Positions 1-12,554 of a stretch of DNA of 64,000 bases are shown piece after piece. The notes under the pieces were generated by a model. The model had not been told where the DNA came from. It did not search any database and was given only the letters and a program-made list of their open reading frames with translations. The stretch is from Octopus vulgaris (lineage: Eukaryota). The position numbers were made by a program, and so were the translations under genes. Position 1 is the stretch's first letter, and each line of letters opens with the position of its first letter. Where the stretch lies: positions 14,880,001-14,944,000 of the forward strand of contig OX597827.1 of assembly GCA_951406725.2 (NCBI GenBank), written 5' to 3'.

Positions 1-524
1 AATAATACTGTTTATGCAGTATGCAGTGTGTATAAGAAACAGACTAATGAGTGATCAATGCAGCACATTTTCCCATATTTTGTGTCCAAAGAGAATAACA
101 ATATGCATTTAAATTCTAACAGCAAAAGGCTTAAAAATTGCAGTTTAACTTGTTTAAATTTACCTTAGTTTTCCTAATACACACAGCATTTTGCATAAAT
201 AATAATTATTTAATCACATTACAGACAAGCAAACAAAGATGAAGCTAATTAGTCTAGAAATTATAGATAAGTTCTAATTTGGTTTTTAACTGAAATAGCC
301 TTTTTGCTATAATTTTCTTTAGAAAAAGAGGAATGTCTTCTGATCAGTGGTCAATGAACTCTGAGATAGTTAAGACATTTTGTTTTCACTTTTCTATGTC
401 AAATGGAAATAACAATACTGCTTCTATCACTGAAAATTAACCATATGCAACAATATATGTAAGCAAACTTTTTGTCAGTGTGATAAAATATATGTGAGTG
501 TGTGCATATATATATATATATATT

Positions 525-680
525 TTTTTTCTCTCCTTGTTTTTTCTGTGTTCCTTTCTGTAGAAGAGCGTAGGCTCGAAATGTAAAAGACTTTTTCTAT
601 TCCTGAGTGTTATACTAATACATCTGTTTGTTTTGTACACCACCTGTCTTCATCTTTTGTTTTTTTCATAAACTCTCCTT
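525..680 (+). mobile_element. Family D short repeat (Penelope-like pLTR fragment) with minimal hammerhead motif
   Basis: cttt-CTGTAGA-a-gagc(gtag)gctc-GAAATGTA-aaag; near-identical copies at 5505, 6405, 19486, 29353, 51075; flanked by (TA)n. Confidence 0.65.
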
Positions 681-689
681 ATATATATA

Positions 690-1265
690 TATATATTGAC
701 ATGTATGAATATTTTTAATAATATTTTTAAAAATATAAATACATATATAATTATACATAAAAATAGATGTAAATAAAACCCATGTGGGATATCTATGGAA
801 AGAAGTGCGAAAAAAAAAAAGAGAACTGATAAAAATTATTTTTTCAAAAACATTTTTTTTTTAACCAAAAATTGTCAAGAATGTGATTTTATGACGACAC
901 CTTTCCTGATAAAAGGGACATTGTCCGCATGGTTTGTAAGAAATCCATCAATTTTTCTACAAGGATATAAACATTGGAAATGGCTGTAGAAAGTGAACTT
1001 GCTCGAATTGCATTACATACCTTATACATCATTTATATATTTTTTTTAAAAAAATTGAATTCTATGGATCTTTTAATTGAAACTCTAAACCACTCTTAAT
1101 TTTTTAGTACATAAAAAATTTTTATCAGTTCTCTTGTTTTCTCACACATCTTTCTATATATATCCCACATGAGTTTTATTTACATGTATTTTTATGTGTA
1201 TATATATATATATATATCTAGATTTTTAAAAATACTTTTTAAAATATTCATATATGTCGATATGT
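690..1265. repeat. Long imperfect inverted repeat (arms ~690-845 / ~1113-1265), Penelope-like remnant
   Basis: catgtgggatat...gagaactgataaaaatt mirrored by aatttttatcagttctc...atatcccacatg; decayed hammerhead in the spacer. Confidence 0.65.
901..993 (+). ncRNA. Decayed type-I hammerhead motif with long stem II
   Basis: stem I ctttc/gaaag, core CTGATAA (G8 mutated) ... GAAATGGCTGTA. Confidence 0.4.
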
Positions 1266-1411
1266 ATTAATATATATATATATATATATATACGCATTTT
1301 AAGTCGAATTTATAATTGTGTGTGTGTGTGCATATATATATATAGAGAGAGAGAGTGTATCTCTGCGTGTGCGTGTCTCTCTCTCCCTTTCTCTATCTAT
1401 CTATCTATCTA

Positions 1412-1442
<31 letters not shown>

Positions 1443-1444
<2 letters not shown>

Positions 1445-1625
1445 CTTTTACTTGCTTCAGTCATTTGACTGTGGCCATGCTGGAGCACCACCTTTAGTCG
1501 AACAAATAGTACTTATTCTATCGGTCCCTTTTGCCACGCCGCTAAGTCACAGGAATGTAAACACAACCAACATCAGTAGTCAAGCAATGGCAGGGGGACA
1601 AACACAGTCACACAAAAACATACAT
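1443..1625 (-). mobile_element. SINE family A, 3' half
   Basis: reverse complement of the family A tail (ttacttgcttcagtcatttgactgtggccatgctggagcacc). Confidence 0.8.
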
Positions 1626-1654
1626 ACATGTGACAAGACTGGCTCTTTGAAATT

Positions 1655-1805
1655 ACAAGCACTACTTATGCTTGCCAGCTGAGTGGAATGCAGCAACATG
1701 AAATAAAGCTTCTTGCCCAAGGGCACAATATACAGCTAGGGATTGAACTCATGACCGTATGGTCATGAGCCAAATACCCTAACCATTACACCACACACCT
1801 TCACA
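1655..1805 (-). mobile_element. tRNA-derived SINE head (family E, head type H2), degenerate
   Basis: matches head of the 49590-49910 and 56013-56260 elements (ccagctgagtgga...cttgcccaagggcaca...gaactc). Confidence 0.55.
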
Positions 1806-1844
1806 TATACACACATACATACATACAGACATACAGACAGACAT

Positions 1845-1929
<85 letters not shown>

Positions 1930-2067
1930 CAGATAGGGCATCAGAACATAGAAAGATCTGTCTCAACAAATTCCATCTGACCAATGCAAGCATAGAAAAG
2001 TGGATGTTAGATGATTATAATGAAAATTATGATATATTTATATGTATGTATAAATATATATATATGT

Positions 2068-2103
<36 letters not shown>

Positions 2104-2208
2104 TCAATATAGGGTGGCAAAAAATTTTGTAGAATTTTTTTGCCACCAGCGGCCTAGTGGAAAATTAAATAGTCATAGACCATTTTAAGTTCAACATCAC
2201 AAAGGAAC

Positions 2209-2253
<45 letters not shown>

Positions 2254-2286
2254 TACAGGGTATATATATATATATATATATATGTA

Positions 2287-2351
<65 letters not shown>

Positions 2352-2676
2352 ATATTTATATATACATATATATGTATATCTATATATATATATTTATTCA
2401 TGCGTGTGTGTGTGTGTGTGTGTGCGTGTGTAGGTCTTTATATATTGTCACTTTGCTATATCACTTATTTATGGTATCTTTCCTATCTATTTAATATTCC
2501 GGTTATCAATTTCTTCAGCTGTAGCTCATGGAATTAATCATTAGTGTGTCGAAAAAAAGAAAAATCTCTTTGTAATATTATTTATTTGTGAATCTTTGCA
2601 ATCTCTTTCCAGATCTTAACATGATCATTTTTACTTTCAACCCATTCCATGATGGAGGCATCGTTGTGTAAGTACC

Positions 2677-2927
2677 TCTTTCTTTACTACCCACAAGCGG
2701 CTAAACATAGAGGGGACAAACAAGGACAGACACACAGATTAAGTCGATTATATCGACCCCAGTGCGTAACTGGTACTTCTTTAATCGACCCCGAAAGCAT
2801 GAAAGGCAAAGTCGACCTCGGCGGAATTTGAACCCAGAACGTAACAGCAGACGAAATACCGCTAAGCATTTCGACTAACGTGCTAACGATTCTGCCAGTA
2901 TGCCGCCTTTATATACGATGCCAGCTC
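2677..2927 (-). mobile_element. SINE family B (young B1 tail) with 19-bp TSD
   Basis: TSD gcatcgttgtgtaagtacc at 2658-2676 and 2928-2946; B-box-like GGGTTCAAATTCC on minus strand. Confidence 0.9.
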
Positions 2928-3529
2928 GCATCGTTGTGTAAGTACCATCAACAACTTGGGGTTGATATTATCAAATACTAACGTTGGAGTTCATCACAAA
3001 ACTTCAAGTCTTGTGCCTATAGAAGAAATCAATACCAAGTCTATTTTCTCTTTATTTTCTATGTACAGAGCTACACACAACAATGAGATATCTCTCCTCT
3101 GTTTCAACCAGTCGATTCTGTTCTATTCTGTTCTATTCTATTCTACTTACAAGCTATAATTACACTGTCACAGTTACCTCGGTGTAACATCATACAGGTT
3201 TCTCTCTGTAGATGATATGGTCTGGGTTACACTGCACTTATTACACTGCAGTAGTTAGTTACTTACATTCAGATAATATTGGCCACAGTGTATTAGTCAT
3301 ACTGCTTTGGTTACGACACCAGCTTTTTCTAGCAGAATACTTTCTACTATATATACATACATATATATATATATATATACAGCAGCCATTAATATTACAG
3401 CAGCAATTACACAGCAGCAATTGCACAGCTGTACCAATAGAACAGTTACTATACAGTAGCAGATATACTTGATATATACTGTGTCAATGATGGTCACAAA
3501 CAAAGCTTATATGTATGTATATATATATA

Positions 3530-3800
3530 TATTTCGTTTTTGGATTTGGCTTGCAAGATTCTTTATATGAGTTTGTGTGTTGAAGCATATTCTGTTATGT
3601 CTGGGGAGAGTCATTTTCTTTTTGTACCTTATAATTTAACACATTCACTGGTAAAATTTCCACTTATTTCTTATTTTTATCTTCTAAAATTTTTGTTGTG
3701 TGTTGCAACTTTTCAATAGTCTTGACTCTCTTTTACCTGTGAGTGTGTTAAATAATAAGGCACATAAAGAAAATGACTCTTCCCAGACACAACAGAATAT
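3530..3800. repeat. Inverted repeat (3587-3656 / 3731-3800), probable Penelope-like fragment between (TA)n tracts
   Basis: atattctgttatgtctggggagagtcattttc mirrored by gaaaatgactcttcccagacacaacagaatat. Confidence 0.7.
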
Positions 3801-3818
3801 ATATATATATATATATAT

Positions 3819-3873
<55 letters not shown>

Positions 3874-4129
3874 TAGATACAGATAGTAGGTACTGTAAAT
3901 TTTGAGTGAATATTTGATAAGTGTAAGCACCTGTATATGCCAGATAGTGGCAGAGGTGAGAGAGTATATATCGAATATAAATTAAAAACAGATATAAAGA
4001 GAGACAGGCAGACAGACAAACAGACAGAGAGGGAGAGAGACGCACACATACACATGCCTAATTATATATTTATATACTCACACACACACACACATATATA
4101 TATATACACACACACGCACATGTATCTAT

Positions 4130-4451
4130 GTGTGTGGGGGTACCTTAGGCAAGTGTCTTCCACCATAGCCTTGGGCTGACCAAAGCCTTGTAAGTGGATT
4201 TGGTAGACAGAATCTGAAAGAAGCCCATTGTATATATATATATGTATATGTGTGTGTATGTGTGTGTGTGTATTTGTGTTTGTACCCCACCATCACTTGA
4301 CAACTGATGTTGGTGTGTTTATGTCCCTATAACTTGGTGGTTCAGCAAAAGAGATCGATAGAATAAGTACTAGGCTTACAAAGAATAAGTCCTGGGGTCG
4401 AATTGTTCGACTAAAGGCGGTGCTCCAGCATAGCCACAGTCAAATGACTAA

Positions 4452-4455
<4 letters not shown>
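4130..4455 (+). mobile_element. SINE family A, 5'-truncated
   Basis: ggcaagtgtcttc...gtggatttggtagac...gtgctccagcatagccacagtcaaatgac. Confidence 0.85.
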
Positions 4456-4519
<64 letters not shown>

Positions 4520-4767
4520 TGTATGTATTATGTATGTATGTGTGTGTGTATGTATGTATGTATGTATGTATGTATGTATGTATGTATTCAACTGTTTTTC
4601 AGAGCAGTGAAAGCAGGGAAGCTTAGTGCAGCAATGAAGGGAAGACCCAACTTTAACATGTTTTCAGAGTTTATCCCAGAAAATAAACTACCACAGGTAT
4701 TGAGTACTTTTTCTTGATGCCTATATTCTAAATGCATGTAGATAAATACATACAGATGCATATATAA

Positions 4768-4805
<38 letters not shown>

Positions 4806-4867
4806 GTGCGTATATAGGTGTGTGTGTGTATGTGTGCATATATATATATATATATATGTATATATAT

Positions 4868-5178
4868 CATCATCATCATCATCGTCTAGCATCCATTCTC
4901 CATGCTAGCATGGGTTGGACGGTTCAACCAGGGATCTGGGAAGCCAGAAGGCTGCACCAGGCTCCAGTCTGATCTGGCAGTGTTTCTACAGCTTGATGCC
5001 CTTCCTAACGCCAACCACTCCGTGAGTGCAGTGGGTGCTTTTTACGTGCCACCAGCACAGGTGCCAGGCGAGGCTGGCAACGGCCAAAATTGGATTGGTG
5101 CTTTTTTATGTGCCACTGGCACGGAGGCCAGTCAAGGCGGCGCTGGCATCGGCCACATTCAGATGGTGCTTTTTACAA
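4868..5178 (-). mobile_element. SINE-like family C with (GAT)n tail and internal ~60-bp repeats
   Basis: (cat)n-cgtctagcatccattctccatgctagcatgggttggacgg...gatgcccttcctaacgcc; repeated ggtgcttttta(c/t)gtgcca units. Confidence 0.85.
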
Positions 5179-5221
5179 GGATCACATATATATATATGTA
5201 TGTATATATATATACACACAC

Positions 5222-5273
<52 letters not shown>

Positions 5274-5504
5274 GTGAGTGAATAAAGTAATTGAAGTAGC
5301 ACTGAATGCTGGATGGAGAGTTCATGTGTTTAATAGCATTTTGACAGCTCCTCATTTCGAAATGCTTTTTGGTCCCTCCCATCTTATTGGTTGTTCAGAG
5401 AAAGATGTGAATGTGCCCAACACACCCACAATAGTGTGGGGCTGAGTAAAATTGCTGTCATACATATATGTATATATATATATATATATTTATTATACCT
5501 ATCA

Positions 5505-5692
5505 GTTGCCATGATAGATCGTTAGCCACTACACACATTTTTTTTCTCTCCTTGTTTTTTTCTGTGTCCCTTTCTGTTGAAGAGCGTAGGCTCGAAACAT
5601 AAAAGACTTTTTCTATTCCTGAGCATTATACTAATACATCAGTTTGTTTTGTACACCACCTGTCTTCGTCTTTTGCTTTTTTCGTAAACTCT

Positions 5693-5700
<8 letters not shown>
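5505..5700 (+). mobile_element. Family D repeat with hammerhead motif
   Basis: cttt-CTGTTGA-agagcgtaggctc-GAAACATA-aaag. Confidence 0.7.
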
Positions 5701-5751
<51 letters not shown>

Positions 5752-5827
5752 AAATATTAGGGAATAAATCCAAATTTACAGGGAAAAAATCAGATTTAGG
5801 ATTAAATCCAATTTTATAGTAAAATAT

Positions 5828-6015
5828 TATATAATATTAATTCGAGACAAAACCACTATCTTGCAAAACAAACAAGGAAAGACTTAATCAATACATAAAA
5901 ATTTTTAATATATTTATTTATTTATTTATTTATATTAAAAATTTTTATGTATTGATTAAGTCTTTCCTTGTTTGTTTTGCAAGATAGTGGTTTTGTCTCG
6001 AATTAATATTATATA
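5828..6015. repeat. Perfect ~85-bp inverted repeat with (TTTA)n loop
   Basis: 5828-5912 is the reverse complement of 5931-6015. Confidence 0.9.
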
Positions 6016-6594
6016 TATATATATATATATATTATATGTGTGCGTGTGCATGCGTGTGTATATATATATATCAGGAGAGAGGGAAGTGGAGTGAGACACA
6101 GAAGAGAACTAGACAGTCAGATAAAGACATAATGAACATATTAACACCAAACACTTCTCAGTATTTTGTCACAGAGACACATGCACACACATACACATGT
6201 GCATGCACCAGCCGAACAAGCACACATCAACTACTACAAACAACATACACACACACGTTAAACTCACTCACCCAAATTTGTACACACACTTGTACACCTT
6301 AGTTCGTTGGTATTACCATTATTATTATTATTATCTCCCTTTTATTCAACCTCTTTTTTTTTCCAGTCATCTCATCATGCTGGACCATTGTATTCTACAC
6401 TTTTTTTTCTCTCAGCATTTTTTCATTCTTTCTCCATATTTTTTCCTTTTAATCCTTTCTGTCAAAGAGCATAGGCTCGAAACATAAAACATTTTTCTGT
6501 TTCCTGAGCGTTAAACTAATACACCTGCTTGTTGCTCTTATGCCTGTCTTCGTCTTTTGTTTTCTTTTGAACTATGTATACATATATATATAAA

Positions 6595-6652
<58 letters not shown>

Positions 6653-6732
6653 TATATATGTACACATATATACATATATATATGTATATATATGTATGTG
6701 TGTGTGTGTGTGTATGTGTGTGTATATTAAAG

Positions 6733-7074
6733 TTAGATAAGGCCAGTTTATGGGATTACCTTAGGTTTCATGCCCATAAAGGGCTTATCTTTATAGTGTA
6801 TCATCAGAACCCAAAACCTGTTGGCTAAAGGCCTCTCTAGTGAGTAGCCTTGCTAGTGAGTGGCTTCTCTAACATATGGAGGAGGAGAGGACCCTGTTAC
6901 TCAATGTCAACGATGAGGATTGTCTCCCTTGGCTATTGATCATTGATGTCAACAACAGAGATTGTTGATATCAGCAATTGATAGCCAAGGAGAGACAATT
7001 CCCTTTGTTGACATTGAGTAACAGGGCCTTTCCACCTCCATGAAGATGTATGGATGTGAAGCAGCCTTATCTAA
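6733..7074. mobile_element. MITE-like element with 11-bp TIR and internal long hairpin
   Basis: ttagataaggc (6733-6743) / gccttatctaa (7064-7074); internal hairpin 6876-6955 / 6962-7041. Confidence 0.5.
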
Positions 7075-7323
7075 AATATACTGTTCTATAACCTTTTTTC
7101 AGATTTATGTTTATGGACGATATATATGTATATGTGTATGTGTACCTCCATGAAGATAGGCCCTTTATGATAGATGTAGACAGACAGACAGACAGACAGA
7201 AGACAGACAGCCTTATCTAAGATATATACTGCTCTATAACTTAGAGTGGGCTTCTTTTTTCAGATTTATGTTTATGGACGGACGGACGGACGGATGGACG
7301 GATGTGTATGTGTACGGATGTGT

Positions 7324-7470
<147 letters not shown>

Positions 7471-7633
7471 GATATACAGACAGAGAAAGAAAGAGAGAGG
7501 AAGTTAGAGAGATGAAATGAATTTTATTACAATGAAAACGCCTCTGCAATTGTGCAAAGAATGAAAGTTTGGCAGGTGATATTGATACACCTATCCTGAT
7601 ACAAGTTTAATTAGATGGAACACCAATAATTAC

Positions 7634-7780
7634 CTGTGGGAGACTTCTTGATGTTGTTGAAGCTATCCATTCATTTTGTGGCTCCAGAACAAAATAAAAC
7701 TGACTGGCTGATTTCATCAAATGAGAATCAGTATGTCTCTTTTGGTTACGATTCCGTGGTATGGCAGCATAGCTTTTGGT
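7634..7780 (-). CDS. Internal coding exon of an unidentified minus-strand gene (TKSYAAIPRNRNQKRHTDSHLMKSASQFYFVLEPQNEWIASTTSRSLPQ)
   Basis: acceptor tttctattttcag|, donor CAG|gtaatt, 147 nt, only frame 0 open, unique non-repetitive sequence. Confidence 0.75.
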
Positions 7781-8703
7781 CTGAAAATAGAAACATCACA
7801 AAAATTAGTAAACGTTCCAGATTTATATAACTGCATTATGTTATTTACATATCATTCCTTTTCTATTTTTATATATCATTTATATATCATTCTTTTTCTA
7901 TTTTTCATTTTTTTTTTTTTTCTTTGACAGAAGTGGATGTGCTGTGCCTATTACCCTTTTAAAGGCCTCTGAAATTTGTGGAAAGAAGGAAGTTATCCAA
8001 AGACCAAATTCTTGACCTGATTTCAATACCTGCAACAGAGTGAGCTTGACTAAAGGCACCCTAGTTCAATGCCACCATTTGAAACCAATTAAAAGGGTGC
8101 CTCTATAAAGTTAGACTGATCAAAAACAGCAGCCAAATCTCCCCTAAATCAAACAAACTCTCCATTTTCATATGTAAACAAAAAAAGAATTCGATGTTGT
8201 CCATGATACACAGTGCCTGGAAAAAATATGGAACATCTTTGAATTTAGTGGTTTTAGATCAAAGTTAACAAAAGATTTCTTTTCATTACACACAATCTTC
8301 ATGCTGTAATGAACTCTTTTTCAAAGCTTTTGCAATAAAGTGAGATTACATCAAACAAGAATCAAAACTGCATCATAGTCCTGCCTTGTCTGAGACTTAA
8401 TTCTTGCTCTTTGCAACTTGCCATGTTTCAACATTAAATATTGTGTTCTCATTGAACTTAACTTGTGTCCTAAGCAACAACAGCATTTGATCTTTCTCTT
8501 CTTTGCACTTAAGACAGGAAGGACAGGAAGCCCAACTTGGGATTTCTCACTCATCATAGCAATTGAACTCCTCAAACATCTTCAAGAAACTCTTTACTTT
8601 GTTCGTCTGATGCCAGTGGAATCACAGCTGACAAGAAAGCTTCTACATAGTTGTTTGCCCAGGTAGAAATAACAGCCAAGTATTTCTTAAAACATAAACA
8701 ACC

Positions 8704-9135
8704 ATTATTTACATTATTTACATTATTTACATTATTTACATTTGACGGATGTTTGTCCTCATCTTGTTTGTTGTTAACACAACGTTTTGGCTGATATACC
8801 CTCCAGTCTTCTTCAGGTGGCTTGGGGAAATTTCGAACCCATGGGCATATGGCATCATGATTAAGAGCGTGGGCTACTAACCCCAAGATTCTGAGTTCAA
8901 TTCCAAGCAGTGACCTGAACAATAATAATACCAATAGTAATAATAATAATAACATCGAAAAATACCTTAGGAATGAGAACCCAGGTTCGAAATTTCCCCA
9001 AGACACCTGAAGAAGGCTGGAGGGTATATCAGCTGAAACATTGTGTTAACAACAAACAAGATGAGGACAAATATCCATCGAATATAAATAATGTAAAAAA
9101 ATGTACATAATTCCTCATCTCTTAAGTATAGAATT
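8704..9135 (+). mobile_element. Family F: tRNA-like head (8843-8915) + (AAT)n + hammerhead-containing body, preceded by inverted copy of its own 3' part (8704-8842)
   Basis: head gggcatatggcatcatgattaagagcgtgggCTACTAAcccca...gagttcaattcc; body repeated at 27925-28110. Confidence 0.7.
9003..9046 (+). ncRNA. Minimal type-I hammerhead motif (family F)
   Basis: acac-CTGAAGA-a-ggctg(gagggtatat)cagct-GAAACATT-gtgt. Confidence 0.6.
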
Positions 9136-9728
9136 TTATAACCAACCATCTCAAAAAAAAAAAAAAAAACTACTTTGGAGCACATTGGACAATATAGCCC
9201 TAGATACACCATGTTTGATCATAGCTAGAATGTCTTTGATAATAGCCCAGCTTATTCAGAGCTGATGCAAGGTTAAACTAGAACAGCAACAACAACAACA
9301 CAACAATAACAACAACTACAACACACCAATAACAACAACTCTTATAATATAAAAAGGGACAGAGCTAAATAATGAAAGACATTTAGTCCTGTATTTTAGA
9401 ATTTCGTCACTCAGCTGTCTATTTTCATTAATATAATATTAATGATATTTGGTACCCCCCAGATTATCAATTAATAATAGTATGAACAGTTTTAGTGTAG
9501 GATATTTAATCAAAGAGATTGGTATTGATTTTTCTCTAATTGAAAGAAGGTAAGCAACCATATCAGCATGGGAACATCTATATAGTCACCCAACCTATTT
9601 AAACCTCATGTGGGGACTGAATGTTCTAAGGCCAAAAACTTGGAGGATATGTCCACAAACACAGAATTACTACAACTAACAATCAGTCTTAACAATTAGC
9701 TATCATTGAGCCTTAAATCTACTAAAAC

Positions 9729-10049
9729 AGATAAGGTCGGTTTATGGGATTACCTTAGGTTTCATGCCCATAAAGGGCTTAGCTTTATAGTGTATCATCA
9801 GAACCCAAAACCTGTTGGCTAAAGGCCTCTCTAGTGAGTAGCCTCGCTAATGAGTGGCTTCTCTAGCATATGGAGGAGCAGAGGACCCTGTTACTCAAGG
9901 GTGATGAGACAGGGAATAATGGGTAAATTATGGGTGGTTCCTGAGCAGTGGCATAGCCTGTGGGGGAGAGGTGGTTTGTCCCTGATGATACTTTTATGGG
10001 AGATGGCACTTTTGCATCTGCAAAGTTCTGAAAGTTTTCAATATTCCCA
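9729..10049. repeat. Composite local repeat: direct copy of 6735-6904 fused to inverted copy of 12015-12168
   Basis: direct sequence comparison; junction microhomology CAA at 9896-9898. Confidence 0.85.
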
Positions 10050-10453
10050 GGATTTTCAACAACGCAAAAGACCAATTAACAATTTGAACAATGAGACTTA
10101 TAATAAACTGCCTCATGTTTTATGATACATGAGAGAATTCTAAGAAACCACCTCTAGGTCTATGATACACAAGGAAGTTATAAGAAACAAAGTTGGTTCG
10201 GTAGATTATGTCAGCTACTGTTTAATTATAAGTTCATCATGAATAAGGCATGCCTGGAAATTTAGTATATTCATCCATTGGAAGAAGGCTCCTTATGATG
10301 CCAAATGAAAATTTACTAATCCTAAGCAAGGAGTTGTCTTTACTGAAGTCATGAAGATAATGTTGATGTCTAAAAGATATGATGTTTGCAGTTGAAGAAA
10401 GGATTGATGCCTACAATAGCAGACAACAATGCAATTGAGTTGTTTTAATGTGT

Positions 10454-10588
<135 letters not shown>

Positions 10589-10970
10589 CATACACATATA
10601 TATATTTATATATATACACACATATATATATACATATACATATATATATATAACAAAGTGGAGTTGTAAGGTATGTGCACAAGTGGAATTATATATGAAA
10701 GAAGGTTTGAGAATGCAATTTTAAAAGATGTTTTTTACTTTACCGGTTTCACTCTTTAGAAAAAGATTGTCAAAAGTAACATGTAAAAGTTTGGTTATGT
10801 TAATTATTGGTTGTCACAAAATGCTACAATGCTACCAAAGACTGTATATATGTATTGTAGCAACACAACCAAACTTTTACAGAGTTACTAAAGTAAATGA
10901 CAATCTTTTTTCAAAAGTGCATTTTCAAACCTTCTTAAGTAAATAATATATATATATAAAATATCAAACC

Positions 10971-11048
<78 letters not shown>

Positions 11049-11609
11049 CTATACGTATGTAATGGGAAAAGTACTCAATACATTTCATATACTTAATAAT
11101 AGCTATAACTAAAAAAATTGAGATTTTTGTGCTGTCATTACTCTGAGTTTCATGCATTTTTTTTCTTACTACAGTTCTATAAAAAGAATCTATGAACAAG
11201 AGAAAAACAAATGAAGAGAAAAAGAGAGAGAATCTGAGGATATACACATACCATTGCTATTGCATAACAAAACTACATTTGATTACTCCAAAAGCACAAG
11301 ATGTCAGTAAAATAAATATATAAATCACGGACATTAAAGATCAGAAACATTTGATGTTTATATTGGAAATAGTCAAGAGATAAAAGTCATCAGCTCTATA
11401 AATAATTTATACGAGAAAATGGAACTAACACAAATTAAGTTTTGAAAAAGAGTTTAAATTGACATTTCGTAAATAAATAAAGAAAGAAATATATATATAT
11501 AATAAATAAAAAGTAAGTCTAATGCTTCTATTTTAAGTATTAATCTGTAATATATCTATCAAGCCTTTCATTTTCAAAGTTAAAGCCTTTGTCTATATCT
11601 TTACATAAC

Positions 11610-11920
11610 ATATTCAACATGAGGTTGAATTTGCCTTTCATCCCCTTTGTGGGGTCAATAAAATAAGTACCAGTTGAATTTTGAGGTCAATATAATCGAC
11701 TTAATCACCCCCGCCCAAAAAAAAAATTAGCCTTGTGTAAAGGTAAAATGCTTAGTGGCATTTCATTTGTCTTTACATTCTAAGTTCAAATTCTGCTGAT
11801 GCCGACTTTGCCTTTCATCCATTGGGAGTCAATAAAACAAGTACCAGTCGAGTACAGAGGTCGATGTAATCGATGTACCCACTTCCCCAAAATTGCTGGC
11901 CTTGTGCCACAATTTGAAAC
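11610..11920 (+). mobile_element. Two degenerate SINE family B copies (old B2 tail)
   Basis: tttgcctttcatcc...taagtaccagt...ggccttgtgccacaatttgaaacc. Confidence 0.7.
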
Positions 11921-12554
11921 CAATATCTTTACAAAACATGCATAATGAAACAGCTTTGTATTAAGCTGACCTGGGAAACATAACTCATGTACAAGAAAGA
12001 GTGGGGTGGGGGCTTGGGAATATTGAAAATTTTTAGAACTTTGCAGATGCAAAAGTGCCATCTCTCATAAAAGTATCATCAGGAACAAACCACCTCTCCC
12101 CCACAGGCTATGCCACTGCTCAGGAACCACCCCTAATTTACTCATTATTCCCCGTCTCATCACCCTTGTTGCATCCACCCACTCCTAATTTCTATACCAA
12201 ATCTGTCATCCCCAGAACATCATCTCCTTGCTTCATGCCTTTCCTGCAGGTACTGCCTGGCGGCAACAGTTTCAACCAAACATTAACAGTATCAAAATCA
12301 CTTGTCTGAGATGGGCTGCTACAAGGGTCATAGACACTTCTCCTTTCTCCAGACTCAGCGAGCAAAGAAAAAGGGATTAACAATGTAAACCTGGATGAAA
12401 GCAAAAGCCATTATTTGTAAGTATGAACTGGTTGCATGTGCCACCCTTTTGCTAATTGATTTAGATGCTTATGTAGCAACAAGTAGACATGAGCATCCTC
12501 TTGACCCTCCTACACATTAACTTAACAGAACATTGAGGATGTGGTGGCTGGAGG

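Noticed and set aside
2113-2147. 12-bp inverted repeat ggtggcaaaaaa/ttttttgccacc as a terminator
   Set aside because: Rho-independent terminators are irrelevant in this eukaryotic context; probably a TE end fragment.
8300-8665. Coding-looking stretch (SCPSCLKCKEEK...)
   Set aside because: In-frame stops and no recognisable family; at most an old TE fossil.
8843-8915. Functional tRNA gene (also heads at 13140, 53461)
   Set aside because: Incomplete cloverleaf and fused to repeat bodies; these are SINE heads.
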